From Octopus vulgaris (lineage: Eukaryota), in the NCBI GenBank assembly GCA_951406725.2, contig OX597828.1:68262001-68326000 (forward strand): a DNA stretch of 64,000 bases, in the 5' to 3' direction. The stretch's first letter is position 1. Every line of letters begins with the position of its first letter. Both the position numbers and the translations under genes were made by a program. This document shows, piece after piece, positions 26,486-39,558 of this stretch. The notes under the pieces are model-generated. The model searched no databases, was not told the origin of the DNA, and saw only the letters and a list, made by a program, of their open reading frames with translations.

Positions 26486-26693
26486 AGTTCATATGAAGCA
26501 ATGCATGTGCTATTCCAGCTTTTACTGAGGTTTCACTCGGTGATGTATTTATAACACTCTGAATCTACCTTTCAAATACTTTGTGCCAAGTAAAGAATTC
26601 AGGTCTCTAGGAATCACAGCTTCATGAGTACAAATCTCAGGATTTGATAATTCAGAAGTACTTCAAGTACTCTTTCAGTTTGTTCTTATAATA

Positions 26694-27130
26694 CATCATC
26701 GTTTAACGTCCGTTTTCCATGCTAGCACAGGTTGGACGGTTCGACCTGGGTCTGGGAAGCCAGGAAGCTGCACCAGGCTCCAGTCTGGTTTGGCAGTGTT
26801 TCTACAGCTGGATGCCCTTCCTAACGCCAACCAATCCGTGAGCGTAGTGGGTGCTTTCTACGTGCCACTGGCACAGGTGCCAGGGGAGGCTGGCAACGGC
26901 CATGATCGGTCAGTGCTTTTTACGTGCCACCGGCACAGAAGCCAGTCAAGGTGGCGCTGGCATCGGCCACGTTTGGATGGTGCTTTTTACGTGCCACTGG
27001 CACAGGTATCACAACTACAATTTCTATTTGATATTTATTTTGATGCTGATGTACTTGACTCAGTAGGTCTCCTCAAGCACAGCAGGTCATGTGCCACTGG
27101 CACAAAAGCCAGTCAAGGCAGCACTGGCAG
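26694..27130 (-). mobile_element. RTE LINE 3' UTR
   Basis: Reverse-complement of the family terminus and tandem units. Confidence 0.85.
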
Positions 27131-27509
27131 GTCAAACACCTATCTTATGGAGGGAGCAAGTGACTCTTCCAACGAACCATAGTGTCCCTGTACAATATTA
27201 TCTTTGACTTATTTCAGCCGTTGGTCAACGACCAAACTGGGGCACCACTATGAAGTGTTTAGTCACATAATTCAACTTATTTTCAAGCCTGGTATTTATT
27301 CTATCAGTCGCTTTTGTCAAACCGTTAAGTCACATAAACAAATAAACACCAGTTGTCAAGTAGTGGTGGGAATAAACACACACACACACACACATAGCAG
27401 GCTTCTACAAAGTTTCTATCTAACTGGTTGGCCTTGTGAGTGAAGACTTACTCAAAGTGATCTGGTAATGAGACTGAACCCAAAAACCATGTAGTTCTAT
27501 ATTTAAGAG

Positions 27510-27851
27510 ATTTGTTGTGATTGTTGCCAGAGCAGCCAACTGGCTTCCGTACCCGTGGCACCTAAAAGGGCACCATTCGAGCGTGATCGTTACCAATGTC
27601 GCCTTACTGGCACATGTAAAAAGATTCAAGCGAGGTCATTGCCAGTACCGCCTGACTGGACCCCGTGCCGGTGGCACGTAAAAAGCACCCACTACACTCT
27701 CGGAGTGGTTGGCGTTAGAAAGGGCATCTAGCTGTAGAAACTCTGCCAGATCAGATTGGAGCCTGGTGCAGCCATCTGGTTCGCCAGCCCTCAGTCAAAA
27801 CCGTCCAACCCATGCTAGCATGGAAAACGGACGTTAAATAATGATGATGAA
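27510..27851 (+). mobile_element. RTE LINE 3' UTR
   Basis: Highly similar to 12300-12641; (GAT)n tail. Confidence 0.85.
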
Positions 27852-28007
27852 GGATTCAGAAGACCTACAATCAAGGATACTCCAGTTACGACCATCAGTT
27901 ATTGCCTTCTTCAAACAATGCCCCTAAAACCATGTTATCTGACGTGTTTTTTCCTTATTTAAAGCAGCAACCTGAGAGTTTATAGCTGCTGTTTCTTGCA
28001 GATTTAA

Positions 28008-28213
28008 CCCTTTCGTTACTGTATTTTATTTTGAGATGCTCTGTATTTCTTTCAATTAATTTTCAATATAACAAAGAATTTAGTAAAATAACTTAGTTAT
28101 CATTAAGCTAGTGTTTGGAACATAAATTGTGACTACGGTTTGGTGGAAGATTTTAATTCAAAATTTATGAAAACAAGACATTTGTACTCAGAGCCAGGTT
28201 GGTAACAAAAGGG
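28008..28213. mobile_element. piggyBac-type MITE
   Basis: TTAA|CCCTTTCGTTAC...GTAACAAAAGGG|TTAA. Confidence 0.9.
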
Positions 28214-30519
28214 TTAAGCAACCATAGAGACATCTTTGTCATCTCCCCACATGCTTGTGTCAGGGCTCTTAATTTGAACCAAGTGATTCCTTACTGAACA
28301 ATTCGACAAAGCAACAATAGTATAGCACCAGTGACCTTTTGATAGTAACAACATTGCTTCTGAAATCGCAAGCACAAGAGATGCAAACATGCACTCACAC
28401 AACCTCAAAACCCAGTCTGTAACTTTTGAAACCCTACAAGCTACCCCCTGGAAGAATCCTGTTTCTCAAGGGCTGTAGTCAATAGAGTCACCCTAACACC
28501 ATCTGATGGCATCACAAGACACTACATCGGCTGATATGCACCTGCATCCACCCACCCACCCCCCGAATGCATACATACTGTTGAACTAATGCAACCACAC
28601 CTCACCCACATGCCAGGTTACATGCACATGCACACATTGCCTATGGCCACAGCAGAAACACACAAACACACATATCAGGGACACACATCCACACATTCAT
28701 ACAGCAGGCACACACACACACCCTCACCTGCCACCAAATCAAAGTTACTTAAGTCCCTTTGAAGACCCTACAGATAGCAAGGTGCCACCATCTTCCTGTC
28801 CAGCCACACAGTCCAAGAATTTCAGATTAGGATCTCTATGTTTATGGATTTGATGTTGCTAAAATTTCAATATTATTTCCAACAGCAACAGGTAACCAGC
28901 CTTGACCAAATAGCAGCCCAATTTCTAGTAGCCATCTCAGACTTACTGCTTCTTTCCATCTGGCCATCTGAGCCTGACGAGCTACGTCCCTACAAAGATC
29001 CTATTAAACTAAGTTGCATGGGTTCAAACCAAAATGTGTTTGAATAATAATAAATTATATATATATATACACACACATATACATATATATATATAAAGTC
29101 CTTCATATAGTATTAAGAGGTTTTAACACTTATTTCTTGTAATATAGGTGCTTCAGCACCCTGAGTCACAATTAGTGACAATAAAATTGTTCCTATATAT
29201 ATATATTTGCAGTATTTATCTGAAGAAACATCTTTCATGTAAGTTTGCTTGTACTTTGATTTCAGCGATTTTACATTCCAAATTAAATATCACTCAAGAA
29301 TAATCTACATCAAAGATTTTCAACAGGGCCCATTTGGAGCTCGTGGGGGTTGGGGTTGGAGCAAAGGGGCACTGGGAGAGGGTGTTAAGAGACTTGTGGG
29401 ACACTAAGGGGTGCTGGAAGACCCTCGTCTTTGCTAAGTTTAATTTGAAATTAACAAGTAGTAGACATATTTTCACATCTCTGCGACAGTCAGTTTAAAA
29501 AAGAAACCATGCCTTTTTGTTTCAAATTTCCAAAAACTTAAAAAACACTTTTTCCACTTTGACGACACCAAGCAAATTCCTGGCACCATGTGTAACTGGT
29601 GGCGCAAAGTGAAAGCCCCAAAACAAAATCAAGAACTGAAAACAGATGAACAGTGACAGATGATTAGAAGAAAAAAAAAGTAATGAATAAAAGCAAAAAG
29701 CTGAATGTGTGTGTGTTTGTGTGCAAATATAAAAAAGAATGGTGAGAAATTTGAATCAAACTGGCTTTGAGAGTGGCTAATAAGTATGTATCTGTGTATA
29801 TGTGTGTATGTATGGGTATGTTTATATGTATATGATTGCGTGTGTTGCCGTTTTGAATTCCTTAAATTGGCCCCTGGCTATTAAAGACCTAACCACACAC
29901 ATACATACTCTCACATTTGTTTTGGGTTTTGTACACATTTGAACTGTGGCTATACACCAGATAATGTGATAAGTCTTATGTTCTGAAATTTAAATTTTGA
30001 ATTTGTTTTAATTATAAAATTACACCTCAGCTAAAAACACATCTTTTGGCTTTGGAAAATAGAACCTGTTCTTCCTCTTTCTATATTTTTGTTAAGTTAG
30101 AATTTCTCTGTTTTGGTCAGGGTTTTCCTATTTCCTGTATTAAGCAATGGACAGAAGCATTTAAAAAAAAATTAAATTCATAGAGCCGAACAAAATTTAA
30201 AATATTAATTTTAATCTTAATTATAGAGAGGAGTAAACATTTTCCCTTTCCTTAATACTAATAAGAGCATAGTATGAGGGCGATTTAGCTGTTATTTCTA
30301 GAAAATTGAACAACCACACAGAGAGTACCTCATTGGCTCATTTGTTGATGTGTATAAGTAAACAAAAACTAAAAGAAAAACAGACACTAGCAGACACACA
30401 CATGTAGAAGAGCGTAGGCTCGAAATGTAAAAGACTTTTTTCTATTCCTGAGCATTATACTAATACATCTGTTTGTTTTGTACACCACCTGTCTTCGTCT
30501 TGTTTTTTTCGTAAACTCT

Positions 30520-30570
<51 letters not shown>

Positions 30571-30579
30571 AAATGTAAC

Positions 30580-30806
30580 ATGTGACAATTATTTGGTTGC
30601 CAAGATAAAACTCTGAGTTTCGGATTCCGAGGTGGAAATACACACCACCATCTCTTCAGTTATCCAGCCATCGGAAAAATGCTATGAAAAATGACTGTTC
30701 ATAGCGTTTTTCCGATGGCCAGATAACTGAAGAGATAGTGGTGTGGATTTCCACCTCGGAATCCGAAACTCAGAGTTTTATCTTGGCAACCAAATAATTG
30801 TCACAT
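30580..30806. repeat. ~108-bp-arm near-perfect hairpin (Penelope-like inverted terminus)
   Basis: ATGTGACAATTATTTGGTTGCC...GCTATGAA / TTCATAGC...GGCAACCAAATAATTGTCACAT with few mismatches. Confidence 0.95.
30721..30783 (+). ncRNA. Type I hammerhead ribozyme motif (mirror copy on minus strand 30603-30665)
   Basis: agataa-CTGAAGA-gat...atcc-GAAA-CTCaGA-GTT-ttatct; perfect 6-bp stem I; GUU triplet; irregular stem II. Confidence 0.7.
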
Positions 30807-31911
30807 AGAAATGAAGCCAGTATGCTCCAATGGATGTGTAATGTCAGTGTTCATAATCGACAGAGTGTAAGTACCTTGAGAGAAAAGTTGGACCTAAGAA
30901 GCATCAGTTGTGGTGTGCAAGAGAGACGTTTGCGCTGGTATGGTCATGTGACGAGAATGGCTGAAGATAGTTGTGTGCAAAAGTGCCACACCCTAGCAGT
31001 TGAGGAAACCTGTGGAAGAGGTAGACCCAGGAAAACTTGGGACAAGGTGGTGAAGCACGACCTTCGAACTTTAGGTCTCACCAAGGAAATGACTAGAGAC
31101 CGAGACCTATGGAAGTATGCTGTGCGTGAGAAGACCCGGCAAGACTAGTGAGATCATAACCCGTGGCCTCTACCTGGTATGTAACCAGTCGACTTATACA
31201 TACCTTTCCTTCTTGGGACACAAAACTCCACTTGTGAAGACCCGTTGAGGCAAGTGAAAATCAAAACCAAAAAAATCAAAAAATCAAAGGAAAAAAAAAT
31301 CAAAAAATCAAAATCAAAATCAAACCAAATCAAATCAGATATCAGAAAGCAGAACCAAAATCGAAGTCGATCAACATCAATGGAAATTGCAGCTGTGATA
31401 CCAGTGCCGGTGACAAGTAAGCGAACCATCCAATCGTGGCCATTGCCAGCGCCGCCCCAACTGGCCTCCGTGCTGGTGGCATGTAAAAAGCACCATCCGT
31501 TCGTGGCCGTTGCCAGACTCGCCTGGCCCCTGAGCCGGTGGCACGTAGCACCATCCGTTCGTGGCCATTGCCAGCCTCGCCTGGCCCCCGTGCCGGTGGC
31601 ACGTAAAAGCTCCATCCGTTCGTGGCCGTTGCCAGCCTCGCCTGGCCCCTTTGCCAGTGGCACGTAAAAAGCACCATCCGTCCGTGGCCATTTGCCAGCT
31701 CCGTCTGGCACCTGTGTGGGTGGCACGTAAAAAGCACCCACTGCACTCACGGAGTGATTGGCGTTAGGAAGGGCATCCAGCCGTAGAAACACTGCCAGAT
31801 CAGACTGGGCCTGATGCAGCCTTCTGGCTTCACAGACCCCAGTTGAACCGTCCAACCCATGCTAGCATGGAAAGCGCACGCTAAATGATGATGATGATGA
31901 TGATGATGATT
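30803..31911 (+). mobile_element. RTE-clade LINE, 5'-truncated: ORF2 C-terminus plus complete 3' UTR
   Basis: ORF MLQWMCNVS...ERRLRWYGHVTRM...GRGRPRKTW...RDRDLWK; A-rich (AAAATC)n spacer; ~5 tandem ~60-bp units; (GAT)n tail. Confidence 0.92.
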
Positions 31912-32120
31912 ACATTTACAGATAAATTCCTCTATTTACATAATATTGAGGTCTCTTTCTTTTGTTATCTTACCGTTTTTACCAAGGACGTCACAAACAG
32001 TAAACAACATGAAATATGAAAGCAATTGAATTGAATATGCAAACAAGAGAAAGAAATGGAAAATAGAACTTGTTTCTCTTGTTTGCAAATATTACATGTT
32101 GTTTACTGTTTGTGACATCC

Positions 32121-32380
32121 AACTTACAAAATAAGGTCAACAGAAAAAAATTCTCATGCCAAAAATAGACAAATTGTCTATAACCATTATAATTTATCAC
32201 TATCAACACGTGTCTTGAATTGTGATAAATTATAATGGTTATTGACAATTTTTCTATTTTTGGCAATAGAATTTTTTTCTGTTGCCCTTATTTTATAAGT
32301 TATTTATAAATTTAACCTTTAAAGGTATTTTTTAATATGCTGGCCATTGATAAAATTTTTTTGAAAAATGTCATCCTACA
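32121..32380 (+). repeat. Fold-back terminus of the same Penelope-like family as 44952 and 59735
   Basis: Hairpin 32121-32301 followed by the family tail AATTTAACCTTTAA.GGTATTTTTTAATATGCTGGCCATTGATAAAA. Confidence 0.75.
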
Positions 32381-33541
32381 TTCATCATCATCATCATCAT
32401 CATCATCATTTTAGCGTCCGTTCTCCATGCTAGCATGGGTTGGACCATTATATATATATATATGTATGTGTATATATATATATATATATATGCATATATA
32501 TACATATATAAAAATAGAACAAAAACACAATAGGGGGAATTAAAATGTCCAGGCAGATAGGCAGACAAGGGAAACAAGAATCAGAAGGACCGGCAAAAAA
32601 ATACGGGTCATTCTTGGCTTTCTTTCATCAGTCAAGTCCTACAAGTCATGACCATAAACTAAACCTTATTTATAAAGTATGAAAACTCAGTCATGTTTTT
32701 TTAGATGAAGTTATAATTATAATTATATACTACCCGTTATTACTGGAAAGTAGCAATTAGTCATGCAAAAATATATAATATTAATTGGTTAATTTACGAT
32801 ACTTTAGATTTTTAAAAATTGAAATTTTTAAACTTAAATTTTGAAATTTAGTTTAAATGTAACATCAAATATTTAATAATAATAATATTAATAATAGATA
32901 TTAAATAATATAAAACGCAACTGTTATGTATCCCAAAATATTCGAATAGAGAGTCTAAATAAGCAACTTACTAGATTGGTTGTTTGCGATAATACATAGA
33001 TTGAATAAAATAAAAAATTATAAAAGTGGCTTGTTCCCGTGATGCGTTCATTTCTGGTTCCCCTGACAGTACTATATAAAGGAATAGATACACCAGTAGA
33101 ACTTTCTGACATTTATTTGTAGTACCTCCTATACATAGGTATTATCAAACGCGGATTTTACCTTATTTGCAAGATGTAGCTATGTCTAATTTTCGCCAAG
33201 GAAAGAAAAGATAAGTTAACATTCGTTTTATTTTCATCTCTATTTTTAATTTGTTATTATTTCATCATTATAATTATTTCATTTTTATTTCGGATTTGTT
33301 TATTCGTTATTCGTAATTTTTACTCGTATTTTTTTTCTTTAAATTTTTTTCCTTAAATGTTTATTCCTTGAATTTTTATTCCTTAAATTGTTACTCCTTA
33401 AATTTTTAATATTCAGTTATTATTTTTATTTATTATTTGTATTTCTATTCATTTGTATATGTTAAGTAAGATTATATTGAAGATATAGAGTATCATGGAG
33501 GTATATAAGAGGTAGGGGTAGTGAAAAATGTTGAGGAATCC

Positions 33542-33639
33542 AGACCTGAAGATTGGGAGTATGTCAACCCAATTAAGTATTGAATCTAGATACCTCATCT
33601 AATCAATACCTACGTACTTTCATGAAACATGTGTAGTCT
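33542..33639 (+). ncRNA. Type I hammerhead ribozyme motif with 11-bp stem II
   Basis: agac-CTGAAGA-tTGGGAGTATGT...ACGTACTTTCAt-GAAA-CatgtGTA-gtct; palindromic ACATGT at stem III; GUA triplet; U.U at base of stem II. Confidence 0.7.
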
Positions 33640-34819
33640 TTTAAACGGAAAATATGGGATTCAGAAGAGATATAGTTAGTATAAGATTTAATATTTAACA
33701 TTTTATGGAGTGGTCGGGTATAAAATCTTTCAGTATTGATTGAGTTGACGGTGGTTCTGTCTCTAAAACTACTTTTATCTATATATATATACACACACAC
33801 AAGGATGTATATAAAACTCTGTAAAAATGTATGTGTGTATATATTTGTATGTTTCTGTAAGCACTTATACATGTATAAGTTTCAGAAGATATTAAAATAA
33901 TAGAATAAAAGTCAGTCATAATAAGAGATCTCCCCAAAATCTATTTCTTAAATTTTAAACTACTATTTCTGGCATACATATTTACACAATTTTGATTTTG
34001 AAGTATTTAAAAAATATTTGGAAATTATAAAGTTAAACGAATGGTAGATTCAGACTGTCCGTATTTTAAAACCATGAATTAAAACAAAAATTTGTGTTGG
34101 TCTAATTTTTTCTCCAGAAGTTCATGGCTTCATAGGAATAAACATGGAAGACTGCATCAAGATAACCTATTTTCAGATTTTTTTACTTCCTTTTAAAAAA
34201 GGCAGATTTTGTGAATGAAACAAACTAGATCTTGAATATGAAAATGAATGTTTAATGTGACAAATTTTCAGACTTTTTTTTACATCATTTTAAAAGGGAG
34301 CGGATTTTGTGACTCAATCTAACTAGATCCAAGTACAGTAAATATCATCCTCCACAATTTGCTACTCATATGAAGTACATATGTATTTCAGCAATTTCTA
34401 TCAAATACACTCTCTTTCTTGAGCATAAAAAATCCTCTTCCCGGGTGACAATAACTTATATGTCAGAATGTTGCACAAGTTCTGTTTTGATAAGGGAAAT
34501 AAGAAAGATTTGGGAATTTACTCGTACCAAAGAATACTCTTTTGATAGACATCACAATCTCATAAGTGTCCCACAGGGGGAAATAGATGCAATTACCTAT
34601 TCATTATTTCAAAGTTTTTTTTTGCATTTCAATGTGTACAGCTGCACTCCCGACTGCATACAAGTGCGCATGTGCATTGATGACTCCAAGGGTCAAAAGG
34701 GAACCCTTGGCCAAAATGAGTTGAGAACCTTTGATCTACATTAACATTAACAACCCTTTCTTCTTTTAGCACAAAGCCAGCAATATCTGTGTGTATTTTC
34801 TTGAGGTCACAATAAGTAT

Positions 34820-35375
34820 CAATCTGGGTGTGTGGGCATTTGATAGCTAACTTAAAGGCACATTATCTGAGAACTTATGAAAGTAATTGACAAGGAGGAT
34901 AAACCACAGCTAGAGATTTCTGGAAAAAATTCCAACATAATAAATGCTATGAATAACATGATTCTTGGGATGAAGTAAAACCTCAACTTTGAACACTGCT
35001 TAGAAAACTATATGGTCAAACTGTATCCAAGTTTTTCACAGGCAGAAAGTCTACATCATATTCAGAAGGTATTTTAATGCTTTCAACTGATGTAGGGATT
35101 GAAGAAGTTATAGATGTGATGTGATTGAGCTCTGCGTGAGTTCCATAGAGAAAGTTCATCAATTGAGCTGATGCTGTTAGAACTAGTACAAGCTTTAAAC
35201 ATAGATGAGAATATTGAAATTTCACCAACTCCACTTAAATTGACTGCAAGAAATATTACTAACAGAAGGTCGACATGTTTTTGCTAATAACAGTAGTGAA
35301 TGTAACATAAATATCATATGAACTGTACAAAGAAATGATGCACCACATTTTGAATAAGTTCTTCATCCATAAAAT
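34820..35375 (+). mobile_element. pogo/Tigger-family transposase C-terminal relic
   Basis: Frameshifted motifs ANLKAHYLRTY, RDFWKK, WDEVKP, GIEEV, YELYKE...LNKFF in the order expected for Tigger transposases. Confidence 0.65.
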
Positions 35376-36713
35376 AGATGTTAATACTAATAAGATAGAA
35401 GATAGTCTCTCTCTCTCTCCATCCCAATAACTCTCATTCCACCATCACATCCCTCCTTCACACAGTTAATCTTTTTGGTGGTAACAACACAACCTATTGT
35501 GATAATATGATCCTTAATTCCCTAACGTATTTCCCTTCAAAATTTGTTATGAATACATATTATACTGTGTATGTTTAGAGATTGTTATTTTCATGCATAA
35601 ATGTGGCTGTGTTGCATGCTTTTGTTATTGTCTTAAAAAAAAAAAAAGAAATTCATCTGACCACATTATCACCTTTATAACATGAAAATCAATGAGAAAA
35701 ATCAATTCTTTATTGTAGGATTTCATGATATAACAAGTTTATTAGGAACATATTACTTCAATAATGTGGGGAATTCCTCTGTGTGTGTGTGTGTGTGTGC
35801 GCGCGCATGCAAATGCATTACAAACACTTTTCATTTACATGCGAACATATACTTCATATACACGAAATGAAGAATAATTAAAACATTGTAAACCTGACTG
35901 GCAAATCCTGGCAGACGCAACATTTAGCAAACATGACTGAATTAGCAGAAGCGGCTGGTTTTGGATGTGACAGTTTATTAAAAAGCATTTATATTTCATT
36001 TCACAATATACCAATACACCCACTTGTTCTCATTTCCAATTCAAATCATCTAGACATCAATAATCTACAAATTCTAGTAATTTATTCATAATCACAGTTT
36101 CAGTCTTTCAGACCAAGTGAAAAAAATAGATAAATTCAGAATTCAGTATGTTTTTGATCTATTCAAAATACGCTGAAATTGTAAGGAAAATCTCACTAAC
36201 TGGTTGAATATTGAAGCTATTTTCCAATAAAGCTGGAATATAGAATGCCTTTCATTTGACATCATCAGCAATGAGCTTCTGAGGGATGCAAAAACAGAAA
36301 AGTCAACAAGACCCACTGCGTTAAATACATACAAGCACCACACATAGTGGAACGGGTGGGATAAGAAACAAACACCCCATTATTAACCATCATAAACCAA
36401 AATTTTACAACAAAAACTCACAGTAAATTAAAATATTTTTCAGATTTGTAGGATTAAACTTTTCATGATCAATCTTTATTTAAACACACATTCAGCTGTT
36501 ATGTGGTTTTTCCAACTAATTTTGGAAGTAAAATAATGCTATCATTATTGGGTTGGTGGTCATGGCAGATTGGCAGACTTGTTCAAAGAATTACCCCTCT
36601 ATTCTGGATCTTTATAGTCTGAGTTTGAATCCTATGAAGGTTGACTTTGCCCTTCAACCTCCTGGGGTCAATCTAATCAGCAAACTCCTCTACCCACAAT
36701 AATACAAAACTGG

Positions 36714-36971
36714 TACCTGTGCTGGTGGCATGTGTAAAAGGATTTGAGCGAGGCCGTTGCCAGTACCGCCTGACTGGCCCCCATGCCGGTGGCACGTAAA
36801 AAGCACCCACTACACTCTCGGAGTGGTTGGCATTAGGAAGGGCATCCAGCTGTAGAAACTCTGCCAAATCAAGATTGGAGCCTGGTGCAGCCATCTGGTT
36901 CGTCAGCCCTCAGTCAAACCGTCCAACCCAGGCTAGCATGGAAAGCAGACGTTAAACGATGATGATGATGA
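36714..36971 (+). mobile_element. RTE LINE 3' UTR
   Basis: Family terminus with (GAT)n tail. Confidence 0.85.
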
Positions 36972-37761
36972 ACAATTAAGTTGGCATTTGGAACATAACC
37001 TCACCAAAATTTCTTATATAAAATTATGATGGAAGGGTTTGATTTAAACATGTAGTGAGACATGTCAGCACTATTTTGTTGTGGTGGCATAGCACAACTG
37101 TGCTTTGCCCATTTCATCCAATTACTGCCGGCTGCAGAAGGATACATCAGGCAACTTCCACCCAGTGGTGAAGCATGCCAGTTTTCAAAGGCAGAAAGTC
37201 AGTTGCCGATAGAACATTGAGATGCAGACATCAATTGCTGTTGAACCACTGAAATGACAACACTTCGCTGCTGTTACTTCAGGTCAACAAGATGTAATCA
37301 CTGATTTATTGGTGAGCTTCTAACTCACCTTGCATGCCACTCACTGGACTTGTATATACATATACCTTGTGTAGCAAGTAGCCATTTTTAAATAATAGCG
37401 CCAATTTGTGATAGCTGGCAATATGACGTAATGTCGTATTGCCAAAGAAATATGATTGTCGTTTTTCCATTGATTAATATAACTGCTCATATAGGAATTC
37501 AAAGAGTTACTTAAAGAATATTTGTATGTAACTTCGATTCTTTAAAGTCAAGTTGAGCAGTTATAAAAACCATGGATTTTGGAAAAACTTCAGTGTTTGT
37601 TGGATGTAACTAAACTCCACGATACTCACTCCTTTGAGACATTGGTGATTTTTCATGCCATGTCCAAGGAAAATCCAACTCTTGAAACCTTTAGGTTCAA
37701 AACTTAACTAACTTGTATGCTATTGGAAATTAACCCATGTCTCACACAACACACTGTTTAA

Positions 37762-37981
37762 CCCTTTCGTTACTGTATTTATTTCGAGATGCTCTGTGTT
37801 TCTTTCAGCTATTTTAAATATAACAAAGAATTTAGTAAAATAACTTAGTTATCATTAAGCTAGTGTTTGGAACATAAATTGTGACTAAGGTTTGGTGGAA
37901 GATTTTAATTCAAAACTTACGAAAACAAGACATTTTACCACAGAGCTAGAGCCGGTTTAGGCCAGGTTAGTAACAAAAGGT
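37762..37981. mobile_element. piggyBac-type MITE
   Basis: TTAA|CCCTTTCGTTAC...GTAACAAAAGGT|TTAA; body matches the 28008 copy. Confidence 0.85.
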
Positions 37982-39250
37982 TTAACTAAATTAGTTGCCA
38001 GTGACTTCCCTGTCTATGTTACAAACATAAACAGTTTAAAATGAGAGATTTTCTAACAGAAAACCAGACACAGGCCTTTGACAAGTTATTATCAGAAAAG
38101 TTTGAAATGAAGATTTATAATATAAATGCAGGTGTAGACCATGACTGACCATGGTCAAAAGGCTTACTTCACAACAACATGCTTTTGTGTTGAGTTTCAC
38201 TGCACAGCACCATGTGCATCTTTTAATATAGCCCCAAGATGACCAATGCCTTGGAAGCAAATTTGGTAAAGAGAAACTAAAGAAAGCCTGTCGTGTGTGT
38301 GTGCGTGCATGAGTAAACAAATGTTGATATTCTACACTTGAAGCAATTGATGATATTGACATTCCTTATTTATATGACTGATAATTATATTTTTTTCAAA
38401 GACCGCTGGAATAAAAGAATCCCTAACTTGCAAAACAGGTCAGAGAGTTGGATACACAAAGAACATCAGACCATAAAATACTGCCACAGATATCTTTTTA
38501 TCGGACCTATGCTAGCATGCAAAAAATGGATGTTAAATGAATGACAGAACTCTCAGGAAATTACAACAAAACTATTAATGTATTTAAAGTAATGCTTAGG
38601 TCATGGATATATATATATATATATATATACATTTCTATAGTAGCAAGATCATACTAAAAAATTCTTATCATACAAAGCTAGACTAAAATAGAACCTTATT
38701 GATAAAAGTAAAAGTCTGGCATAATACACAGAATGCAGTGATTGTGGCACCAGACATACTGAACATGTGTTTATACTGATAATGATAACACACTCTGAAA
38801 GTGCTTTCCAAAACAATCAACAAAGATAAAAACTTGTGTACAAAAGACCATCAAATTCTCCAAGGATATCCATTCCCCATTCATTATCTACACCAGCTCT
38901 TACAGTAGTCAGAAACTCAATTCTGGATACTCACATTACAACAAAGTGTCACAATTGTTAACACAGGCATGTATATATAATTAGATACAAAAGAAACATT
39001 ATGGTTTCGTGTGAGCTGAAGGGGAACAAAAAAAGTAAAACCAAGTAAATATGACATAAACGTCTGGAAAAAACTTTTGAGACATGCAAGTGAGAAGTTG
39101 GGCAAAATATGGAAGATGTCAATAAATAAAAACAAAAAAGAAAAAGCTTAATGATTTTATAATATTTGAGGAAAGATTCCCCTTTCCAAATACAAGAAAG
39201 AAAATACAGAGTTTGGAGAAATGTGCTGTTACCAGCCAGCCAGTGCTGTT

Positions 39251-39558
39251 GTGGAGGCACATAGCCTAGAGGTTAGAACAGCGGACTCGCGGTCGAGGGA
39301 TTGTGGGTTCGAATCTCAGACCGGACGATGTGTGTGTTTATGAGCGAAACACCTAAGCTCCACACGGCTCCAGCAGAAGGTAATGGTGAAACTTCTGCTG
39401 ATTCTTTCGCCACAACTTTCTCTCACTCTTTCCTCCTGCATCTTGCAGCTTACCTGCGACGGACTGGCGTCCTGTCTAGGTGGGGAACCTATACGCCAAG
39501 AAACCGGGAAACCGGCCCTTATGAGCCAGGCATAGCTCAAGAAGGAACAAACAACAAA
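39251..39558 (+). mobile_element. tRNA-derived SINE family C with V-domain-like core
   Basis: A box TAGCCTAGAGG, B box GGTTCGAATCT, CCTGCGACGGACTGGCGTCCTGTC core, (AAC)n tail, TSD cc(a/g)gtgctgtt at 39240-39250 and 39559-39569. Confidence 0.85.

Noticed and set aside
31455-31745. CRISPR-like repeat-spacer appearance of palindromic GTGCC.GTGGCAC units
   Set aside because: Spacers are homologous to each other, the array is in a LINE 3' UTR, the DNA is eukaryotic and no cas genes are present.
31154-31855. 233-aa and other overlapping ORFs
   Set aside because: Antisense or alternative frames of the GC-rich RTE 3' UTR repeats; similar pseudo-peptides recur at each copy.
37060-37380. Possible second mariner N-terminal relic (FKGRKSVAD)
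   Set aside because: Too degraded and no TIRs found; not supportable by eye.
39251-39325. Possible tRNA gene
   Set aside because: A/B boxes continue into a SINE body with tail and TSD; no proper acceptor stem.
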